From contig NC_057719.1 of NCBI RefSeq assembly GCF_004010195.1, positions 66,237,049 to 66,271,878 of the forward strand: a stretch of 34,830 bases of DNA. Reading direction: 5' to 3'. The DNA is from Chiloscyllium plagiosum. Taxonomy: Eukaryota. The notes beneath the pieces are model-generated. The model searched no databases. It had not been told where the DNA came from and saw only the letters and a list, made by a program, of their open reading frames with translations. Every line of letters starts with the position of its first letter. The stretch's first letter is position 1. Both the position numbers and the translations under genes were made by a program. Shown in pieces: positions 24,264 to 34,830 of this stretch.

Positions 24264-24569
24264 CTAGCATGTTAAAAGGAATAGCAGAGAGAAACAAGAA
24301 ATTACAACACTACATGTGCACTTCTCTCATTTCTTCTAGTTACTTCCATGATTTAACTTTGAGCTGTTGCAAAGAGATCAATATGGAACAAACAACTGCA
24401 GTAGTGATCTGGAATGCAATCCTAGTTTTGCAAAGGAACTGACAAAAAGCACAACTGATCATTACTTCACTTTACAATGGGATCCTTGAATAGATATCCA
24501 GTCTTGGCATATTCTGTGAATAATTAAATGAACTAAACAATCATTTAACGGCCGACTGTTGTCAAGATC

Positions 24570-24698
24570 TTAGGAGAAAGTGAGAACTGCGGATACTGGA
24601 GATCTGAGTCGAGAGTGTGGTGCTGGAAAAGCATAGCAGGTCAGGCAGCATCCCAGGAGCAAAAGAATCAATGTTTCGGGCATAAGCTTCTTCAGGAA
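24570..24698 (-). mobile_element. 129-bp Penelope-derived element, degenerate hammerhead motif; 13-bp TSD
   Basis: Direct repeat tgttgtcaagatc at 24557-24569 and 24699-24711; minus CUGAAGA-AGCUUAUGCCC-GAAACAUU. Confidence 0.85.
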
Positions 24699-26000
24699 TG
24701 TTGTCAAGATCATGTCATAGAGTTATAGAGATGTACAGCACGGAAACAAACCCTTCAATACAACTCTGTGAATACCTAACTACTCGAGCTAACAATACAC
24801 TGGTATACAATACAAAAGATCAATTACATGTCTGTCCTAGTTTCCAAGCATTAAGCATTAGACCTTCTGATGTAGCAGACTACATTTATGACCAAAGTAC
24901 TGCAGCTGCTTGCCACTGCAGGAGAGCTGAAGAGATTCTCCCATTCTTTGCCCCTGTCATCAGATGTATGGCAGGGTCTGTAATCAACCTGTCTGGCCAA
25001 ATCACAACCACATCTTCCATGGCCATAATGTACTAGCATGGAACCTGAACCCAGAACTTTTAACCGGGAGATAGGGATGCAAATACTGCACCACAAAATA
25101 CCGCACAATTTCATGTTCTACTTAGATTATATTTGAGACATGTTAATTTTTCCTTCTCTCTCTCTCTCGCTCTCTTTCAGGAACAACAACTTATTGGATT
25201 CATCCATGAGTATTCTGGGGAAGTACTATTGCATGCTATTGCATTCTGTAATGTAGCTGACCAGGAAACTCTCCTAGAGTTACCATCTACCCTCAGATAT
25301 ATTGAAACAAGTTGCAGCAAAGACCTGCCCTCTGTGTTAACCTTTTCAATTCTGAAAAAACAGAAATTACAAACAACTGCATAATGGATAATGCTTACGA
25401 GTATAACAGACGAACCCTTGAAGAAAATAATCAGATGAATTAAAAAGAGAAAATTATACTTGGAAACAGATGCTAAATCCACTTGACTGAAACAAGAACT
25501 ACTCGCAGATAATGAAGTCGACTTACAGAGAATTACATAGAATTCTGAGTACAGGAGTATGTCAGTATATCCACTCTACAAGTTTTCTTATCCAATCCTA
25601 ATGGCATAACATTGTATTCAGTTTATCTTTTTCATGTTGTTTGCACCTTCTCTAGTGTATCAACATCCTAAGCCTAAATATGGAGACAAGAACTGTTCAT
25701 TGTGGTCTCACCAAGATGCAAACTTAGTCAATCAATGTACACAACATATCCAGTAGTCAGTGAAAATCACTCTGTGCTGTAGTTCGCAAATTAAGTAATG
25801 ACATTATGCATTTTAGATATCAGTTCACAACTTAACCTGTTGGGCAAAAACTAAAACACCATCTGGACTGTAAGAACAGTAGCAACAAATATAAATAATT
25901 CCAAACAATGATATTAAACAGAAAATAGTAGATAATAAATCAAGTTACTAAAAGAGTGACATGGTGAATTATTTTGATATCTGTTGGTCTCGATACTTAC

Positions 26001-26108
26001 ACCTTCATTGCTCTTTTCAGTTGTACTGGTCAACATCTCCTGCAAAGCTCTGACTGACAGTGACTGCTCCAGCACAAAAACACAGATGGAGAGATCAGGA
26101 GGGACATA
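26001..26108 (-). CDS. RYR3: RyR exon (equivalent to exon 3): [36 protein letters not shown]
   Basis: Minus strand ttttgttcacag|TAT...GGT|gtaagt; 108 nt, phase 0-0; conserved PPDL...[15 protein letters not shown]. Confidence 0.96.
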
Positions 26109-27284
26109 CTGTGAACAAAAAGAAAAATATTACAATTATCAAAGTGATTATTTTCGGTTTTGTTTGTGGTCAAGCAGCTTTTAAAATTCTGTACAAAGAA
26201 CAATTTTTACATAAGTTGAGGTCTGGCGAAAGCAGATCATCAAGGGAAAAGAGATGATATAACCAGTTTAATAAGAATGCTTCATTTTTCCTCATTTAGT
26301 TTATCTGGAATAAAATCCAAATCACACTAGAATTGGTTTGGTACCAATAGGATACAAAATATGCTGTTTATTTAAAGGATGATAGAAATTGGCACAAACT
26401 TGACTGTCATATTGACATTTCAGCAAACCCTATGTGGTCTGATTATATACACTGTGCAAAGGTCAGTTCTAAGATCTTTCTGCTTGTGAAATATACCACT
26501 GTGGAGAGTGTTGACTCCCAAAAATATAAGTTGAAATGAAGCTCATGAGAAAATGATATTAACAACAGTCCAGCTACAGCCATTTCCTATAGGCAGCAGC
26601 TTTTTTCCCCCTTTCCCATATTCTTAATCGACAAGCTGTTCAACTCTTAAGGGCGTCACTAAATCAGGAAACTCCAATCAATCCCGAAATATACACACGG
26701 CTTTGAGTCATGGCTTCTGTATATCCATGATAAGTAGAAGAATAAGGTCTTCCCTCACTTAAGCCAAAGACACTGAGACTAAATGAAGCATACTTCTGGC
26801 TTTCAGTGGAGATCAGCACAGACCAGAAATCAAACTCAGACAATACTTGTTGCACCTTTAATGTTAGTTGGATCTGTGTAAATGAGAAAAAGCCTTCTTT
26901 CTCTATTAAACTGAATGGAACCCTCATACGATATCACACAAATCCATATTGATTGGAGAACTGCAGAAGCAATAAAAGAACCTTTGATGATTGGAAATTA
27001 CAAAGGCCAACATTAAGCAGAATAGATACGGTGGCATTTTGGCTCCTTCAAATGACCATGCAATTCTCAAAGGAAAATGAACCAGAGTTAATACTTCAAG
27101 CATGGAAATAACTCATTTTGAGAACTGAAAAGTGTTGGAAATTTATTCTAATATGCTTTTCAAAGAGGCAGAAGCGCAGTGGAAACAACAAACGGGTTAT
27201 TTAATGGTGGAGATAGAGAAAGAGAGATTTAAAATGGATGTAACTGAAGGTGAAAAAGGAAGAGAATGGGTACTCTCAACTAAC

Positions 27285-27412
27285 TTGATGAAGGATCTTT
27301 GCCCAAAATGTTGATTTTTCCTGCTCCTCGGATGGTGCCTGACCTGTGTACTTTTCCAGCACCATTCTAATCTTGACTCTAATCTCCAGCATCTGCAGTA
27401 CCCACTTCTGCC
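27285..27412 (+). mobile_element. 128-bp Penelope-derived element, degenerate hammerhead motif; 14-bp TSD
   Basis: Direct repeat tactctcaactaac at 27271-27284 and 27413-27426; element begins ttgatgaaggatctttgcccaaaatgtt. Confidence 0.85.
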
Positions 27413-27582
27413 TACTCTCAACTAACAGCAAAGTAAGCAAGACACAAACAAGCAAGGCTATGGAGTGGGGAAGAGTGTGAAAAAAATGATCAACAGACAT
27501 AGTACATTGAGTTTCTGAAGTGAAGGAATTCAATATTGAGATGTCAAGGCTGTAACGTGGCTAAGCTAAAATGAGGTGTTAT

Positions 27583-28015
27583 TATAGAGTCATAGAGATG
27601 TACAGCACAGAAACAGATCCTTCAGTCCAACTCGTCCATGCTAACCAGATATCCTAAATAAATCTAGTCCCATTTGCCTGCATTTGGCCTATATCCCTCT
27701 AAATCCTTCCTACTCATAACACCCATCCAGATGCCTTTTAAATGTTGTAATTGTGCCAGCCTCCACAACTTCCTCTGGCAGCTCATTCCATACATGTACC
27801 ACCCTCTGTGCGAAAACGTTGCTCCTTCGATCCCTTTTAAATCTTTCCCCTCTCACCTTAAACCTATGCCCTCTAGTTTTGAACTTTCCCACTCTGGGAA
27901 AAAGACCTGTCTATTTACCCTATCCTATTTACCCTATCCTATTTGCCTTCCAACCCTGGCAACATCCTTATGAATCTTTTCTGAACCCTTTCAAGTTTCA
28001 CAACATCCTTCCTGT
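27583..28015 (-). mobile_element. CR1 LINE 3' fragment
   Basis: ORF 27710..27892 KTRGHRFKVRGERFKRD...FAQRVVHVWNELPEEVVEAGTITTFKRHLD is the CR1 ORF2 C-terminus; ctatgactctat-type tail. Confidence 0.92.
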
Positions 28016-28431
28016 AGCATAATCAATGTAAAAATACACAGTAAGTAACAGAAACACAATGCAGGGGTATACACATCATTGTTATATTTTTTTACAGCAC
28101 AAATAAATTAAACATTAATGCAATTTTGTCTTAAATAAAAGTTACTGGCAGAGAGAATGTAATGTTGAACTTTTAATTTTATTTCTTTATTTTCCCACTT
28201 TATATTAAGAAGGACTTTAATGTTGAATTTATTTTTTTACTTTGTGCTTAAGATTTTGTACCTGGGTACATTTGAACCTAAGATAGTGCCAGGAATAACG
28301 ACATTGTACAATTTTCACTGTACTTTCATATACCTGTACTTGAGTATACGCGACCCTCAATCTTGCACTGTGTTTCATTGGAGCAATGCAGCCAGCCCAG
28401 GACAGATGTGTTACCATGACAGCAAGGCAGT

Positions 28432-28800
28432 TTAGTAAAACGGCAAGGAACTGAAGGTCAGGTCATTCCTACACAAAGAGTGGATGTGTTCCACAAAGTG
28501 TTTACCTAGACTCCATAGAGTCTCACCAGTGTCAAAGAGACTACATTGAGAGTAGCAAGTATCATAGGCACGTTTGAAAGAGGTACAAGTGAAACACTGT
28601 TTGACCTGGAAGATATGTTTGAGACCTCGGACCGTGAGGAGGGAAAAGATGAATGGCCAAGTTTTACACCATTGTGACTGCATGGGAAGTGAGGAAGCAT
28701 AAGACTGATGGAGAGGTAGATCAGGGCATCACTTGAGGGAATGTATTAAGTGAAGGGGAGGGGAAGATACGTTTGGTGTTGGAATCTTGCTGGACGTGGC
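28432..28800 (-). mobile_element. Old Penelope-like element, decayed GIY-YIG endonuclease region (C-terminal remnant near 27520-27580)
   Basis: Translation FQVKQCFTCTSFKRAYDTCYSQCSLFDTGETLWSLGKHFVEH fits the PLE FTC..VY.I.C..C...YIGET...L..RF.EH pattern. Confidence 0.7.
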
Positions 28801-31091
28801 TGTAATGGCAAATGTACAATTGAGTGATGTACAACTGACATGATGCCCTCTCAGTAGGGAAAACCCATTCTCTTCCTTTGTCACCTTAATTTACACCCAC
28901 TTTACATCTGTTTCTCTTTCTCCACCATTAAAAACCCATTTGTCTTTTGCACTGGGTTTCTGCCTCTGTTAAACATATATTTGGGACACACTAATTCCCA
29001 ACTGTACATTCACCAGTCGAAGTTTCATCCTTACAGTGCTTCACTCCTGATCCCCACTGGATTCAGCTTGCTCCATGAAAATTGAATTACCCTGCAATTC
29101 ATTAAGCATACATGTGTAAATGTAGCCTTAGAATTGGTACATTAATCAATGTAATGTTTCACAGTATTAAAAGAAGACAGTGCTTAGTCAAGGGTTTGTG
29201 CATCAATTTAATAGCTGTGCTAATCCATCTGAGAGATTTTTAAAAATTTAAATTGCTTGAGTAAGTTTTTAGCACAAGGAAAAATCATTTCGTAAAATTT
29301 CACTTTCTGCAAAACTAGCAAGATGATGCTTAAAATGAATTATGGCCACTTAGATGTTGATCCTAGCCAACTATGTGGTTCAACTTTTAGCTTCACTGAA
29401 TGCACTTAACACAGACAGAATGTGATCATCACACAAGATTTATGTCAGGAGTTTTGCCTAGCAAGCGAAAACAGAAGACAAGCTTGGAGTGAAAATTTAA
29501 GTATGTATAATCTTTCAACAAATAAGCACCAATTAGAGCAATAGTGCTAAACTAGTTCAGAAATGTTGCAAGTACTAGACTATACTACTGCTTAAAGGGA
29601 GTTAGTTAGGAAATATTAATATTGGGGTGGACAAAGTTTTTATAAAATCACACAACACCTGTTGGACTATAACCTGGTGTTCTGTGATTTTTAACACTGC
29701 TGAAAAAGGGAACACATTGTGAAAGTTTTTCAGCTTGCAACCATCATTACAAATACAAGAATGGCAAATTTGAAATATCCAGGAACTTGGAGAGCCTATA
29801 ATTCTATATTTCTTTCTCACAGCAACACCTTGACCAATCAGTTTTGACTTGCCAGTTAATAGGCACCTTTTCCTACTGTGATATGAATTACGGTCATTTG
29901 AAAGTTGGTGATCTTTCATTTGTCTTAATGTGGCAAGGCAAAAAGCTTTGGCAACGTACCTCACTATTCAGCATTATTCAAGTTCTGTGTGACTAGGTGG
30001 CGTATTATAAACTTACTGGTGGTCATTAACACGGAATTATCTTTAGTTGTAATCAGTGTTAATACTTGGTGCGATGTCAATTCAGGTAGCCACCACTCAA
30101 TCCTGAGTCTCAAACAATTGATTCTTCTGAGAATCTGCTCTTTGAATTATGCAATGCCTTTTCCAAGTTGGGGACAGTATGATGGATCTTCTGTCTTGTC
30201 CCTGCACTCCATGACTTATCACAAGAGTAAGTCTGGAATTGTTCCTGGGTCTCATCACCTCCCATGGGTTTTGCCTGGTCTCATAATTATTAAAGATTCT
30301 TTTGCACTGATCCAAGGTAAGCAAGAAGTTTCTTCTTCAAACCCAACACCAAGAAAGATTATAATTTGCTGCAAACTTCCCAGCAGTCAGATCAGCTTCT
30401 GTGGAAGCAAAATATGTTTGAGATTTGCGACCATTCATCACCGCTTTTCATCATGAAAGAACATATCAGTGAATTGTACCAAACATGTAATGAAAACTTT
30501 CAGATGGTTTTTCTGAGAAATGTAATGAATTTCGAGAATAGGGACTGAGTAAAGTGGTCCAATGGCAGTGGGTGAGATTCTGATCTGGGAATGAATGGCT
30601 CACTAACTTCAACCCCCTACAATGCAGAAGAATATACCTTGGACCAATTCCTGGCTTCCAGCCAAGAGCAGAAGTGGGTGAATGGTGGATTCTTTACCCA
30701 ATGTGACCTAAACCAGATAGGGCTAAGGCACAGAGCTGGCAAGCCTTATCCTGGAAAGAGGTCATGTCCACTGTAATGAAGGGGCACCAGGCATGGGGCT
30801 GTGTCAGGTTCAGATGGGGTAGGGGTTTTCTGGAAGAAATAGCAATTCCTTGGATTCCACAAATACTTGGACAACTTGGCAGAAGTGGTTCTTTTATTCA
30901 TTTTAGTGGTACAACATTTTAGATTGCAAGGGGATTTAACTGAAAAAAAGCATCTCAGAAGCTTAACAGAGAAGGCCAATCCACGGAATGCATGGTCAGC
31001 ATGAACACTGGGGCAGATAGCTGGTATGTAGGGATAACTAGATTTGTCTCTCTATGGATGACCAAGAAAAGGAATCCAGGCAACGCAGATT

Positions 31092-31205
31092 TTAACCAAA
31101 GCAGCCTGGACAGAGGCTGCAGTGGAGTTCAGCAGCCCTGAGATCATTCGAAGATCCTAGATTCAGGATCAGAAATTACTTAGTAACTTACTGAACTCTG
31201 CAAGG
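31092..31205 (+). mobile_element. Probable decayed Myb/SANT-like coding remnant (PIF/Harbinger-type ORF)
   Basis: Frame reads LTKAAWTEAAVEFSSPEIIRRS*IQDQKLLSNLLNSAR, with an in-frame stop where W is expected. Confidence 0.45.
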
Positions 31206-31769
31206 ATAAGGCTCCATTGTGGAGATGGACATGCATGCAAAGGAATGGGAAGGCATCATCTGTGTATGGTTTACATCCTGCACAGACGTACAAAGTAACA
31301 TAATCCACAAACGTCAATTAATGTGTTCCTGAGATCTACGTAGATGTGGTGCTGGTTTTAGAGGGTTCAGGAGAAATTGGAGAGAACACTGCTGACTATC
31401 TGCGAAATGATTGGAATGAGTATGCCTGAGAATCTATGTCATGGCTCTATAGCACATCATCACAGGAGAAAACGTTACAGAATGCCAGAGAGAGAGGAGC
31501 AGAACTGAAGGAGTGGTGAACCTGACCAATGAGGTTGTGGTTTTGGAGTTATTTGCAAATATGAATGGAGTTACTTCATTGGCACAGGGAAGCCTTTAGG
31601 AAACTAACAGAACAATGAGATTGCAAGGGGATTTAACTGCAGTAAACAGTCCTGCCAAAAGGGTTAGGGGAAGGTGTATGATGACAGCACTACTCATATG
31701 GAGGATCATTTGATCACTTGTGATTTTAGGGCTTTGTGGATTGCCAATTATAAAGAAATCTTTTTGTTA

Positions 31770-32083
31770 ATGGGGTGTGGGTGTCACTAGCTAAACTGTA
31801 TTTACCCAGCACAGGTATGAGTCAACCACATTCCTGTGGATCTGGATTCACAGGTAGAACAGACCACGTAAAGATGATGGCATTCCTACCTTAAAGGTGT
31901 TTTTTATGACAATTGATAACAGTTATACAGTCACCATTAGGCCAACTTTTTGTTCTAGATTTTTACAGAACTAAAATTTCACTATCTTCCATGTTGTGAT
32001 ACAAATCTATGTGCCTGGAACAGCATGCCTGGGGTTTTGGATGACTAGTCCAGTGATATCAGCACTACACAATTGCCTCCTCC
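31770..32083 (-). mobile_element. Second tRNA-derived SINE family copy, diverged
   Basis: gagtcaaccacattcctgtggatctgga body; head ending ttgcctcc on the plus strand, as at 17213. Confidence 0.65.
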
Positions 32084-32394
32084 ATGCAAGCTGGAAAATG
32101 TGAAAAGCAAATCCTTCAAAATATCTCAATGTGCTTTCAAAATACTGCCATTGTAGAGTTCTGCATGCTCACAATCGTCCTAAATTTGGAATACGGTTAT
32201 AACCGTGTCTCCTTTTGTCTCCTACACAGCGGCAGCCACCCATATAGAACCCCAGCCATAAGGAAACTATTCAAACCACCAAGGTGAGGGGAGAAGGTGG
32301 GGGGGTCAGCCTCAGAGAGTGTAGCAATGCAAATCCTGGCACCTCAGGAGGTTATTGTGAAATTGCACAATGGAATGCAATATTTGGTGAGGGC

Positions 32395-32618
32395 AACAAA
32401 ACCAGAAATTGCTGGAAAAGTTCAGCAGCGTTGGCAGCCTCTGTGGAGAGAAATCAGAGTTAACGTTTCAGGTCCAGTGACCCTTGAAGGGACTGGAACC
32501 AACAGGAACCAAAACATTAACTCTGATTTCACTTCACTAATGCTACCGGATTGCTGGGCTTTTCCAGCAATTTTGGTTTTTGTCTCGGATTTCCATCATC
32601 CGTAGTTCTTTCAGCTTT
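32395..32618. mobile_element. Fold-back (inverted) Penelope-type terminal insertion with 14-bp TSD
   Basis: Arms aaaaccagaaattgctggaaaag...aaatcagagttaacgttt / aaacattaactctgattt...cttttccagcaattttggtttt; TSD tatttggtgagggc (32381-32394) / tattcggtgagggc (32619-32632). Confidence 0.75.
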
Positions 32619-34321
32619 TATTCGGTGAGGGCTCTTCAAACTGGCACAGTCTGCTGCCAGAAGGAAGCAATTGAGCTAAGCTCTGGTATTTGGAAGGTTT
32701 CTGAATAGATATGGAGTCTAATGGTGAGATGGTAGATGTGGGGCAACCAACATGAGGTTATGTGCCTTGTAGGTGGAAGATAGGCAGCCAGGAGGAGAGT
32801 CTTTCGCTTCACAATTCCTAGCCCCCTACTTGGTCTTGCCATCATAGTCTCTGATCCAATTTGGTTTCTGGAGAACATTGACCCCCAGGATGCTGACAGT
32901 GGGATATTCTGCAACGGTTATGCCAGTGCACATCAACAAACTGCTACTGAGATTAGCTACACATTATTTGATGATTTGAATAGTGTGGGTCAGCTCCTGA
33001 TTGATCGCCACCTGCCCACAGTATTATTGCAGCTCAGCATGATATGTTTGGTCTATAATCCAACGTCATCTCACCAGCTATCACATTGTTGCACGTGCAA
33101 AGTAGTCCCTTTTTTAGATTATATCCTGACCATTATAATCTGTTTGATCAGTCTTTTGGTTTGGAGCCCTCTGTCAGAACAGTGCATAGAACAGAATGGC
33201 AAGATTGTTCAATAACTATCTCCCACAAACATCCAATACTCCAGGATTATCCTAGAGAGCAAAGAAAATTCCAAGCTTCATATCTGCATGCTTCAGTTGT
33301 GTCAGCATCACAGACTAACATCTATATTTCATCACTGTGTTTAAGAACGTGCCTAACAATGTGATAATGCCACATAATCTGTATTTTTTTTGTGTGTGAT
33401 GTTAGCCATGTCACCAAGGATAAGTCGTCTAGTCTTTGAAATAGTGCAATGGATTATTTTATATCCCTTCCAAGCAGGCAGACATGACCTCAATATAGAA
33501 ATACTTTCACAGTGCAATACTCCCTCAGTACTACATTGAATTGTTAGTCCTGATTTACATTCAAGCCCTGGAATATGACGCAAACTTCGGATCTTGTGCT
33601 TCCAGAACAAGAGTGCCAGCTACTAAACCGCAATGTTACACTGCCCATCTTTGCTTTAAATTCCCTTGCCCTGTGCTGTTCATTCTCAATCAAATGAGTA
33701 AGGACAAACACTGACAGTGATCCCACTAAAGACTGGGATAAATTCTTAATGATCCCAATGCCAGAAAACAGGGTAAGGCCATGAACAATTAAGTGAATCA
33801 TAAAGAAAACTAATGATAAAAGGTTGGATAAATTTTGAAGAAAAACTAAATTGAGGACAAGAAATAGAAAAACAATCTAATAAGAAGCTCAAACATCGAT
33901 AACAGCAAAGAAAAATCTTCAAATGGTGAAAATGAATCATTGTGTTTATGTACCAATACGGATGAAATGAGCATCACTGAGGATACTCAATAGCAAAATA
34001 AGGCAGGTTGGTCCAATGAACAAAGGCATTGCACTTTCATCTGTGGGGAGCTTCAACCCAGCTCTTATCAGATGCAAGCATTTCATGCTTCCCATGGAGA
34101 TTAACAAACCAGAAGAGCTAATATTACCACATGACCATAATAAAGAAGCAATGAACAAAATGTCATTTTTTACAGTATTTTACCTTGGCGATCAAAGCAG
34201 AATTAACATATTAAAAAATGAATTAACAGGCAAATTATACTCAATGCAAAGTACACATCACACAGCAGATACAAAAGTGGACATTACAGATTTCCTATCT
34301 GGTCCACTCAACATACATGAA

Positions 34322-34830
34322 CTGAAAATGTGTTGCTGGAAAAGCGCAGCAGGTCAGGCAGCATCCAAGGAGCAGGAGAATCGACGTTTTGGGCATGAGC
34401 CCTTCTTCAGAAATGAGGAAAGTGTGTCCAGCAGGCTAAGTAGATGGAAAGAGATTAAGGTGAGGGTGATAAAGTGAGGGTGATAGGCCGGAGTGTGGGT
34501 GGGTGCAGAGAGGTCAGGAAGAAGATTGCAGGTTCGGGAGGTGGTGCTGAGTTCGAGGGTTGGGACTGAAACAAGGTGGGGGGAGACGAAATGAGGAAAC
34601 TGGAGAAATATGAGTTCATCCCTTGTGGTTGGAGGGTTCCTAGGCAGAAGATGAGGCGCTCTTCCTCCAGCTGTCGTGTTGCTATGGTCTGGCGATGGAG
34701 GAGTCCAAGGACCTGCATGCCTCCCGCTCCACCAAGAATATGTAGGTCCTTGGACTTCTCCATCACCAGACCATAGCATTATGACGGCTGGAGGAAGAGC
34801 GCCTCATCTTCCACCTAGGAACCCTCCAAC
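34322..34830 (-). mobile_element. Penelope-like element 3' end (GIY-YIG C-terminus, terminal repeat with hammerhead motif at 34383-34410) joined to an inverted partial copy
   Basis: ORF 34455..34766 contains RQLEEERLIFCLGTLQPQGMN (PLE endonuclease C-terminal motif); minus CUGAAGA-A-GGGC-UCAU-GCCC-AAAA-CGUC; 34628-34718 is the reverse complement of 34740-34830. Confidence 0.88.

Noticed and set aside
33086..33364. Peptide REQRKF resembling RYR3 exon 2 (KEQRKF)
   Set aside because: Wrong strand, no flanking similarity and no splice sites. Exon 2 was not found in the window.
34175..34230. Minus-strand GCCAAG|gtaaaa resembling the end of RYR3 exon 2 (..AK)
   Set aside because: Upstream codons read NSALIAK rather than the conserved LCFLEPTS-type sequence.

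Overview
This is eukaryotic, AT-rich, intron-dominated DNA, most likely from a cartilaginous fish (inferred from HE1-like tRNA/V-type SINEs, Deu-like SINEs and CR1 fragments). The window lies inside a ryanodine receptor gene on the minus strand, best assigned to RYR3. Twelve GT-AG exons (26108 down to 53) splice into a continuous 1127-nt frame encoding the N-terminal domains; exons 1-2 and the rest of the gene lie outside the window. Two of these exons are 21-nt (SIEFTKW) and 15-nt (KFMKK) microexons that the ORF track misses. They match the size, position and sequence of the 12-residue insert regarded as RyR2-specific in mammals (QVDVEKW/KFMMK) and are flanked by UGC, UGCAUG and ACUAAU motifs. 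The introns carry SINEs, CR1 fragments, probable Harbinger-type Myb remnants and several Penelope-like elements. The Penelope set includes a ~130-bp family that begins at a minimal hammerhead-ribozyme motif and has 10-14-bp target-site duplications; one motif is intact and in sense within a 361-nt RYR intron. There are two ~500-N assembly gaps. All calls come from manual reading of the sequence, and mammalian comparisons are from recalled sequences; no searches were run.
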